Positions 56,881-64,000 of a stretch of 64,000 nucleotides of DNA are shown here, piece by piece. Source of the DNA: an uncultured Bacteroidales bacterium (GTDB taxonomy: Bacteria > Bacteroidota > Bacteroidia > Bacteroidales > VadinHA17); the NCBI GenBank assembly GCA_963696535.1, contig CAVOKP010000013.1, positions 241,790 to 305,789 of the forward strand. Reading direction: 5' to 3'. The notes beneath the pieces are model-generated. The model saw only the letters and a list, made by a program, of their open reading frames with translations, was not told the DNA's origin and did not search any database. The position numbers were made by a program, and so were the translations under genes. The stretch's first letter is position 1; the number at the start of each line of letters is the position of its first letter.

Positions 56881-58830
56881 TTATCGGAATGGTATTACCG
56901 ATGGTTGACCTGGTTCAAAATTATTTGGTTTCAGCAACTGTTGCCCGGAAATCAATAATGAGGATGTTCTTGAATATTTCGGAAGGTCCGGGAAAAATCC
57001 AAGCCGGATCTGGAAAGTGTTGAATATGAGATTGTCGTTTCTGATCCTTATACCAAGACCTATTGCTGAAAGGACGTCTCCGCTCCCTGCAAATTCGTTG
57101 GTGCCGAACAGGAATCCGGCATCTGCAAAACCGAAAAAAGCAAACCTGAAGCCGTAGAAATTAACCGGACTGAAAAACACCGATTCAAAACTGACCGAAA
57201 GCCGTTGGGTATTTTCAGTGGAATCATTCCTGAATCCGGAAAAACCGTTTTCACGGTTAAAAGTGAGGCCTTCATCCGAATACCTGTCAAAACCCCTCGT
57301 GTAGTCTGCGTTAACAAAATTTCTGATCCGGTACCTTCCGAGATATGAAAGATTTGAAATAAAGTTTGCCCTTAAACAAAGAATTCCCTGTTCGGATTGC
57401 CCCTCATTTATAAAGGTTCCCAGTCCGGCAGAAGTATAAATATAGCCTAGCCCTCTTACTGATCCGCCTATTGATCCTGAGAGTGAGGCATAACGTCTTT
57501 CCTTGAATTCGTTGATCTCTTTTCCAAGTGTGAGATTCATCAGTCCGCCGTGCGGGATATCTTCTGTGCGGCCGTAGCCATACACAAGACTTGCTTTGTA
57601 AAATTTCTGTACCGACCATGAGACTGATCCCAGGAATATCTTATACTGCTGAAGGTGATGGTATGATTCAGGCAGGATAAAAGGGTGGCTGAAAACATTA
57701 TTGTTGGTGTACCTTGCACCCAGGATCAGCCTGCTGACTTTGCCGGCATCCAGAAGAAAAGACCTGAGGAGCCAGTAATCCTGGAGGTTGTATTTAACCG
57801 GGGCAGGTTCCGGGAGTGAATCGAGGTCATCAGATGTGAACATCTCCCTTACTGAGATGCTCCCGGCATATTTTGTTGAGGCGCTTATCAGCTTGCGGCT
57901 CAGGTCAAAGCCAAAGGTCTTTTTCCCAAGGCCGTCAAAGTAATAGATTTCAAGATTTGCAAACGACCTGCTTATGTTGTTTATCTTGTAGTTTACTCCA
58001 AACCCGGGTGAATCAGTGAATTCTGAATCCCATGGTAATTCAACCCCGAATTCATGCCCCATGCCGAAAACATTTTTTTCAAACAGCGACAATGATCCTT
58101 TGTCAACTCCGCTGAGGCTTGCCTTTGCGCCAAGTGAATAGATGTCCTTTGTGACAACTATAATATCGGCTTCAGAACCTGATACGGGAACAACAATTAT
58201 CCTAGCATCGTCAATATAAGGCAGCTCCCTGAGATATCTTTCATTATCGCTGAGGTTAAGCGGTGATATGGTATCCCCTTCATGGAAAAGGAGATTTTTC
58301 CGTACAATAATTTCGTTTGTATTGATATGAGTCCTGTTCAGCAGCTTCTCGGTTTTATTGGGTACGTTGAAATCGGGGGTGCTTATATTTGAACCGAAGA
58401 CATTCAGGCGTCTGATCTCAATCTTCCTGATCTTCAGTCCTTTAAAATCAATGAAAGGGATATCGCTTGAACCGGTTATCTCTTTTCTGGATTCCGGCTC
58501 GTGAGATATGATAACGAAGTCATATAATTTTCTGGTAATCAGTTTTTTTGACGCCCTGCTCTTCAGGGAGTCAAGAAAGACAAGGGTTATCTGGTTATCC
58601 GAACCTGCAGGGGAAATAAGGTCTGAAAAGCCTGAAAAGTCGGTTCCTGATAATGATAAATTAATGTTTCCGGTTTCAATTGAAGGGATGCTGGCGTGAT
58701 CTCTCCTGCCCGGTTCATCTCCGGCCGGTTGCTGGGAGGATACTGTACTGAAAATAAAAAAGAATGCCTGGAAGTATAGGAGTCTTCTAAAATACTGGTA
58801 CTCTATTGTATGAACATTTTCAGGTTTCAT
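56881..58830 (-). CDS. outer-membrane beta-barrel protein, tentatively Omp85/BamA-like
   Basis: Hydrophobic leader, a POTRA-like segment (LKIRKIEIRRLNVFG) and a long C-terminal region of alternating aromatic beta-strand pattern. The start at 58830 is preferred. The family call is tentative. Confidence 0.4.
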   Translation of the reverse strand: MKPENVHTIEYQYFRRLLYFQAFFFIFSTVSSQQPAGDEPGRRDHASIPSIETGNINLSLSGTDFSGFSDLISPAGSDNQITLVFLDSLKSRASKKLITRKLYDFVIISHEPESRKEITGSSDIPFIDFKGLKIRKIEIRRLNVFGSNISTPDFNVPNKTEKLLNRTHINTNEIIVRKNLLFHEGDTISPLNLSDNERYLRELPYIDDARIIVVPVSGSEADIIVVTKDIYSLGAKASLSGVDKGSLSLFEKNVFGMGHEFGVELPWDSEFTDSPGFGVNYKINNISRSFANLEIYYFDGLGKKTFGFDLSRKLISASTKYAGSISVREMFTSDDLDSLPEPAPVKYNLQDYWLLRSFLLDAGKVSRLILGARYTNNNVFSHPFILPESYHHLQQYKIFLGSVSWSVQKFYKASLVYGYGRTEDIPHGGLMNLTLGKEINEFKERRYASLSGSIGGSVRGLGYIYTSAGLGTFINEGQSEQGILCLRANFISNLSYLGRYRIRNFVNADYTRGFDRYSDEGLTFNRENGFSGFRNDSTENTQRLSVSFESVFFSPVNFYGFRFAFFGFADAGFLFGTNEFAGSGDVLSAIGLGIRIRNDNLIFNTFQIRLGFFPDLPKYSRTSSLLISGQQLLKPNNFEPGQPSVIPFR

Positions 58831-59530
58831 GAGGAGTTTTGAGCAGCACATCATCAGAGTTGAACTGGAATCCAAGCCGTTTGCCGGTAATAACCCTTGA
58901 ATGCTGGATTTTTGCTTCAGCCTGCCCGACAGTGGCTATCTTGACAGTATCGTACGGCGGCACCAGGAGATCAAATTCAAGGCAGTACTGAATTGCCGTG
59001 GATATTATCACCTGCAGGGAGGGTCTTGAAATTGCTTCATTTCCATAGTTTGAAAACAGCATCCCCATCTGGCGCTTCCCTTCGACGAGATACTGATTCT
59101 CATGGTTTATGAATATCCTTGCAATAAGATAGCCAAGGTCATCGAACCTTGAGTACTTGAATGAATCAAAAAGAAAATTGTAGATGTTTATTATACCCGA
59201 GTAGGCATTGAACTTGTTCTTCTGAATATAAGGTGTTTTCCAGGCCGGATGTTCCCTGTCGAACTGAAAGATGTTTGAATGCATGCTGAAGAGCAGGATA
59301 TCCCCGGCAACCTTTAGCTGGGCATCAAAACTGCTTCTGTCGGTGTATTCCATTTTTATCCTTGAATCTACGTCGCCGAGGTTTACATTGACATCTTTTG
59401 CAAGGTTTTTCAGAATATCCTTAACCACGCTGAACCATTCGAGGGTATTGTCATATACCCTTTGTTTCAGCATTGATTTTTGCTTCAGTGTGCCGATAAT
59501 TATCGTTTTCTTGTCATCAAGTTCCGACAT
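58820..59530 (-). CDS. hypothetical cytoplasmic protein
   Basis: A 236 aa ORF with protein-like composition, co-oriented with and overlapping the downstream gene. No family was recognised. Confidence 0.5.
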   Translation of the reverse strand: MSELDDKKTIIIGTLKQKSMLKQRVYDNTLEWFSVVKDILKNLAKDVNVNLGDVDSRIKMEYTDRSSFDAQLKVAGDILLFSMHSNIFQFDREHPAWKTPYIQKNKFNAYSGIINIYNFLFDSFKYSRFDDLGYLIARIFINHENQYLVEGKRQMGMLFSNYGNEAISRPSLQVIISTAIQYCLEFDLLVPPYDTVKIATVGQAEAKIQHSRVITGKRLGFQFNSDDVLLKTPHET

Positions 59531-59594
59531 GGTCCGTTAGATTTTAAAGTAATTCACCTCTAAATTAATAATTTAAATTCAATACTGACGGCAG

Positions 59595-61070
59595 CTAATA
59601 TGATCTGGCAAACAGAACACGTCTCTTTGACGGCTTCCCCGAATAAATGCATTTGCCATCCTCTTCAGGGGAATCAAAGGGTATGCATCTGATTGTTGCC
59701 TTGGTTTCTTCCTTTATTTTCTCTTCGGTTTCAGCTGTTCCGTCCCAGTGGGCCATTATAAAACCTCCCTGATTATCAATTATTTCAAGGAATTCGCTCC
59801 AGGTGTCAATATAAAATGTATTATCTGCCCTGAATTTTATTGCCCTCCGGTAAATATTCGACTGAATTTCTTCCATGAGGCCCTTTACTCTGTCCGTAAC
59901 GGAGCCGGCGGGGATGGTTGTTTTTTCGAGGGTATCCCTCCGGGCTATCTCAACTGTATCATTTTCAATGTCGCGCGGACCAATGGCAATCCTGACCGGA
60001 ACACCCTTAAGTTCATAATCTGCAAATTTATATCCCGGTTTATAGTTATCCCTGTCATCGTATTTAACTGAGATTCCGGCTTTCTCAAGGTCCGCCTTTA
60101 TAAACCTCGCTTTTGCAGAGATAGCCTCAACCTGATCGGATGTTTTATAGATAGGGATAATCACAACCTGAAGCGGAGCGAGACGCGGAGGCAGGATAAG
60201 TCCGTTATTGTCGGAATGGGCCATGATAAGAGCTCCAACCATCCTTGTTGACAGCCCCCAGGATGTTGCCCACACATAATCGAGCTTCCCGGTTTTGTCG
60301 GTAAACTGGACCTCAAATGCTTTTGCAAAATTTTGTCCGAGGAAATGACTTGTCCCGGCCTGCAAAGCCTTGCCATCCTGCATCAGTGCCTCAATGGTGT
60401 ATGTGTCGAGGGCTCCCGCAAACCGTTCATTTTCACTTTTATATCCCTTGATAACAGGAAGAGCCATATAGTTCTCGGCAAAATCAGCATAAACATTAAG
60501 CATTCTTTCTGTTTCCTCAACTGCCTCTTCCCTTGTGGCATGGGCGGTATGGCCCTCCTGCCACAGGAATTCGGATGTGCGGAGAAAAAGCCTCGTGCGC
60601 ATTTCCCATCTTACTACATTTGCCCACTGGTTTATCAGTATCGGAAGATCGCGGTACGACCGTATCCAGTTCTTGTATGAATTCCAGATTATCGTTTCGG
60701 ATGTGGGACGGATTATTAGCTCCTCCTCAAGCTTCGCCGAAGGATCAACGATAATGTCCTTTCCATTTTCATCCATCTTGAGCCTGTAGTGGGTTACCAC
60801 TGCACACTCTTTTGCAAATCCCTTAACATGGGCGGCTTCCTTGCTGAAAAATGATTTAGGTATGAAAAGCGGGAAATAGGCATTGACATGACCGGTTGCC
60901 TTGAACATTTTATCCAGTCCTGCCTGGATGTTTTCCCAGATTGAATAACCATAGGGTTTAATAACCATGCAACCTCTTACTGCAGAGTTTTCAGCAAGGT
61001 CGGCTTTGATAACCAGGTCGTTGTACCATTGTGCATAGTTTTCCTCCCTGTTTGTTAAGAACTTCGCCAT
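59595..61070 (-). CDS. proS: proline--tRNA ligase (archaeal/eukaryote-like type)
   Basis: 491 aa. N-terminal [15 protein letters not shown], class II motifs and the C-terminal domain ending ...FARSY. Confidence 0.9.
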   Translation of the reverse strand: MAKFLTNREENYAQWYNDLVIKADLAENSAVRGCMVIKPYGYSIWENIQAGLDKMFKATGHVNAYFPLFIPKSFFSKEAAHVKGFAKECAVVTHYRLKMDENGKDIIVDPSAKLEEELIIRPTSETIIWNSYKNWIRSYRDLPILINQWANVVRWEMRTRLFLRTSEFLWQEGHTAHATREEAVEETERMLNVYADFAENYMALPVIKGYKSENERFAGALDTYTIEALMQDGKALQAGTSHFLGQNFAKAFEVQFTDKTGKLDYVWATSWGLSTRMVGALIMAHSDNNGLILPPRLAPLQVVIIPIYKTSDQVEAISAKARFIKADLEKAGISVKYDDRDNYKPGYKFADYELKGVPVRIAIGPRDIENDTVEIARRDTLEKTTIPAGSVTDRVKGLMEEIQSNIYRRAIKFRADNTFYIDTWSEFLEIIDNQGGFIMAHWDGTAETEEKIKEETKATIRCIPFDSPEEDGKCIYSGKPSKRRVLFARSY

Positions 61071-61326
61071 TTTTTGGTATGGAATTTGTTTTTAAGATTG
61101 TTGAAAAAATCGGATCGTAAAAATAGCTAAAACTCGGGAAATAAAAAACAGGTTCATTTTCATTGTAAAATGGACAAACTAAAACACTTCGGAACCCGTT
61201 TTTAAATTAAATTGGCAGTTTGATAAATAATATTAAATTTGCTGAAGCGCAAAAAGATAAACGAAAACATTTGGTACAGATTTTGATAGTTATAAGGTGA
61301 GAAACAAAAAGAAATAAATAAACATC

Positions 61327-62670
61327 ATGAAAGCATTGTATTACATATCCGGACTTGCCCTTCTTACTTTTGCTTCCTGTTCATCGGGACTCTATGTGGG
61401 AACGGAATATGATGATCTCTATTTTCAGAGTTCGGACCAGCCTGTAACGCAGGTCCGCACGAGGGCCAGCCAGCCAATGGCAGAAGGTAACCTGCAGTCC
61501 GGAGCATACTATGATAATATTTATGCAGCCGATACGCTTGTATCAAGGGAATACACTGAAGCTGTTGGAGATGATTATTCGGGTGGTTACACTGATTATA
61601 ACTACTACGATAATTATTCATATGCCGGCAGGCTGAACAGGTTTTACGGAAATTATTTCAATCCTTACTGGAGAGATCCCTTCTACAGCAGCTGGTACCC
61701 TTCATTCGGCTTTAATTATATGTACGGCGGATTCCCCTACTCATACGGGTACTACGACCCGTTCTATTATGACTATTTCAGCCCGTACAGCTACGGAGGC
61801 TTTTACAACAGCGGCTATTTCATGCATAATTATTACGGGGGCCTCTATGGGATGAATTATTACAGTCCCTACTACAGACCATGGTATTCACCCTACTATT
61901 ATGGCGGATATCCTTCTTACTCGTTCAACGACAGGGACGTGAATTATGGCAGAAGGGAAAGACCAAGCACCCTTTCCACGAGATGGAGCGGCGGCGGCGG
62001 ATCCTCTTCACCTGCGGCTGCATCATCAAGAAGGACAGATATCAGTACAGGTGCAGTTTCTGCCAATCCCGGATCAGCAACGGGCACATCTTCTGCCACC
62101 TCCAGGCGGACGGTAAATCCTGCATACAATACCCAGCAGCCAGTTACCGCTACCCAGCGGGCAGCAACCCAGGGTACGGTGAAATCTGGAACCGAAAGCT
62201 CCACAGGAACCCAGACAAGAAGGGCACCAACAACCCGCCCCGAGTACAATCAGTCTGACAGGACCTATACTCCAAGCTACAGCAGTCCCCGTATCAGCAC
62301 ACGGCCGACTTATAACAACACAAGGGTAAACAGCAATGTTAACACCAACACGACCAGGCCGGCAATCCAGAGAAACAACCAGAACTCATCCACCAGCGGA
62401 AGAACCAGCTCATCATATTCTTCAGCCCCGGTCAGAAGCGGTTCCTCCTCAGGCAGCTCGGGAAGCTATTCCGTACCAACAAGGAGGAGTTCAGGCAGCT
62501 CGTACTCATCAGGATCATCATACAGCTCAGGAGGCAGCAGATCATCATACAGCAGCGGTGGTTCATACTCATCAGGTTCATCGTCAGGTTCATCATCAGG
62601 TTCATCATCAGGGTCGTCATCATCAGGACGTTCATCATCGGGTTCCTCATCAAGCGGCAGCAGAAGGTAA
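61327..62670 (+). CDS. Tyr/Gly-rich then Ser/Thr-rich low-complexity lipoprotein
   Basis: Lipobox LLTFASC. Residues ~60-200 are dominated by Y/G/F/P/S (YYDPFYYDYFSPYSYGGFYNSGYF). The C-terminal half is S/T/R/N-rich and ends in (SSGS)n, encoded by 12-nt tandem DNA repeats. Confidence 0.7.
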   Translation: MKALYYISGLALLTFASCSSGLYVGTEYDDLYFQSSDQPVTQVRTRASQPMAEGNLQSGAYYDNIYAADTLVSREYTEAVGDDYSGGYTDYNYYDNYSYAGRLNRFYGNYFNPYWRDPFYSSWYPSFGFNYMYGGFPYSYGYYDPFYYDYFSPYSYGGFYNSGYFMHNYYGGLYGMNYYSPYYRPWYSPYYYGGYPSYSFNDRDVNYGRRERPSTLSTRWSGGGGSSSPAAASSRRTDISTGAVSANPGSATGTSSATSRRTVNPAYNTQQPVTATQRAATQGTVKSGTESSTGTQTRRAPTTRPEYNQSDRTYTPSYSSPRISTRPTYNNTRVNSNVNTNTTRPAIQRNNQNSSTSGRTSSSYSSAPVRSGSSSGSSGSYSVPTRRSSGSSYSSGSSYSSGGSRSSYSSGGSYSSGSSSGSSSGSSSGSSSSGRSSSGSSSSGSRR

Positions 62671-62764
62671 CGAAAGAACTGGTTTATTTCCATAATTGAC
62701 ATTTGATTTCAGTACATTCTAAATTCAGGAGTGCAGATATACTCTTCAGTAAAAAGAAAAAATA

Positions 62765-64000
62765 ATGAAAAGAACATTATTAATATTGGCAGCAGCAATC
62801 ATGGCATTTACAGGAGCACTGGCCCAGAATGTCGATGATGCACTTAGATATTCCCAGATATTCTACAACGGAACAGCCAGGTTCATGTCGATGAGCGGGG
62901 CATTCACGGCGCTCGGCGGCGATCTTTCGTCGCTCAGCCAGAATCCCGCCGGAATCGGGGTTTTCAGATCATCCGAAATATCCCTTACACCCCAGCTATT
63001 TCATTCCAAAACATCAGCCAGCTTTAACGGAACCACGAATGACTACCTTTATAATTTCAATCTCGGACAGGCCGGGATTGTCACCAATATGATAAACGGG
63101 ACTGGTACAAGCGGACTGATATCCCTTAATATCGGGTATTCATTCAACAAAACCAATAACCTGAACTCTTCAACAAGGATCCAGGGAAGAAGTACCGAAA
63201 GTTCAATGGCTGATTACTGGGCTGATTCCGGTTACGGAACCACGTATACTGATCTCTCAGGTGCTGCGGGAATAGCTTATGACGCCTGGATTATTGACAC
63301 AATAACCGGAAGCGGCGCAAAAAGATATGGAACTGTGTTTTCCAATTACGGTGACAATGCTGTTTCAGATTACGGCCAGAGCTTAAGGAGGCTGATAACA
63401 AACGAAGGCTATACCGGCGAACATGCATTTTCTATCGGCGGCAACTATTCAAACAAGGTATATTTCGGTGCAACCCTTGGGGTCAGCAGGATAAGGTATA
63501 CCGGACATTATGAACACCTCGAAAAGGCCGATTACTATCTCGACTCGGAATTCAGCGATTTTACCTATGTCGAGCATTTTGAAAACACCGGCACCGGGGT
63601 ATCCCTGAAAATAGGAACCATAATCAAACCAACCGACGAATTAAGGATAGGGCTTGCATTTCATTCACCTACACTGTACAAGATCTATGAAAGATTCTAT
63701 GATGATATAACTTCAAATTTCACAGATGGCGAACAGTACGAATACTACAACGAAGAGTTAAAATACAACTATGCCCTTACCACCCCGTTCAGAGCCCTGG
63801 CAGGTGTTGCTTACCAGTTCAAGAAACTTGGATTGCTGAGTGTTGATTATGAATTCGTTGACTACAGCACAATCAGGTTCTCCGAGACGGGTGATAATTA
63901 TGATTACAGCGAGAAGAACCTTGAGATCAAGAACACACTGAAACCTGTAAGCAATATCCGGTTAGGAGGCGAGCTCAGGCTCAACAAGATGTATTTCAGG
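62765..64000 (+). CDS. FadL/OMPP1-like outer-membrane beta-barrel protein (partial, runs off the window)
   Basis: My own translation gives MKRTLLILAAAIMAFTGALAQNVDDALRYSQIFYNGTARFMSMSGAFTALGGDLSSLSQNPAGIG... It is open for all 412 codons to the window end. It is absent from the supplied track because no stop codon lies within the window. Confidence 0.6.
   Translation, partial: MKRTLLILAAAIMAFTGALAQNVDDALRYSQIFYNGTARFMSMSGAFTALGGDLSSLSQNPAGIGVFRSSEISLTPQLFHSKTSASFNGTTNDYLYNFNLGQAGIVTNMINGTGTSGLISLNIGYSFNKTNNLNSSTRIQGRSTESSMADYWADSGYGTTYTDLSGAAGIAYDAWIIDTITGSGAKRYGTVFSNYGDNAVSDYGQSLRRLITNEGYTGEHAFSIGGNYSNKVYFGATLGVSRIRYTGHYEHLEKADYYLDSEFSDFTYVEHFENTGTGVSLKIGTIIKPTDELRIGLAFHSPTLYKIYERFYDDITSNFTDGEQYEYYNEELKYNYALTTPFRALAGVAYQFKKLGLLSVDYEFVDYSTIRFSETGDNYDYSEKNLEIKNTLKPVSNIRLGGELRLNKMYFR

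Noticed and set aside
62336-62702. ORFs rich in H/Q/T (+ frame) and D/E/P (- strand) overlapping the 3' end of 61327-62670
   Set aside because: They are alternative-frame readings of the Ser-codon tandem repeats. The frame with a lipoprotein signal and a long uninterrupted ORF is the credible one.

Overview
The window looks like a Bacteroidota chromosome, probably an anaerobic or facultative member of Bacteroidia. Supporting signs are a T9SS-type C-terminal sorting domain, TTTG/TAnnTTTG promoter boxes, many lipoprotein and Tat signals, and PPDK, rubrerythrin and an archaeal-type ProRS. All gene calls rest on motif recognition in the supplied translations; no database search was possible. Layout: (1) 0.3-14.9 kb holds a myo-inositol utilisation locus. 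It contains a Tat-exported Gfo/Idh/MocA oxidoreductase, a secreted PI-PLC-like phosphodiesterase, a Na+/solute symporter, a transaldolase-family gene, iolB, iolD, mmsA/iolA, an iolE-like gene, iolG and a CBM9-like protein. No iolC kinase or iolJ aldolase is present. (2) 14.9-21.4 kb holds a secreted ankyrin-repeat protein, DUF1080, and a BlaI/BlaR1(M56) pair with a recognisable promoter and operator. (3) 21.4-26.9 kb is an accessory patch next to tRNA-Ser(UGA). It carries a duplicated two-gene module (beta-propeller lipoprotein plus Imm5-like helical protein) in which a different gene has decayed in each copy, a lipoprotein serpin, two copies of a four-hairpin ~135-nt element, and other nested repeats. 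(4) 27-64 kb is mostly housekeeping: HU, LytTR regulator, aminotransferases, htpG, rubrerythrin-nitroreductase, LemA-M48, plsY, pckA, ppdK, xerD, aroQ-pyk, a frameshifted T9SS adhesin-like gene, TPR, hybrid kinase, nth, aroB, aroC, tilS, an Omp85-like gene, proS, and an extremely Tyr/Ser-rich lipoprotein next to a FadL-like barrel. The most striking window-wide feature is that intergenic spacers are filled with several families of short-period tandem arrays and GC-rich hairpin or MITE-like elements. No CRISPR array, rRNA, transposase or recognisable defence system was seen.
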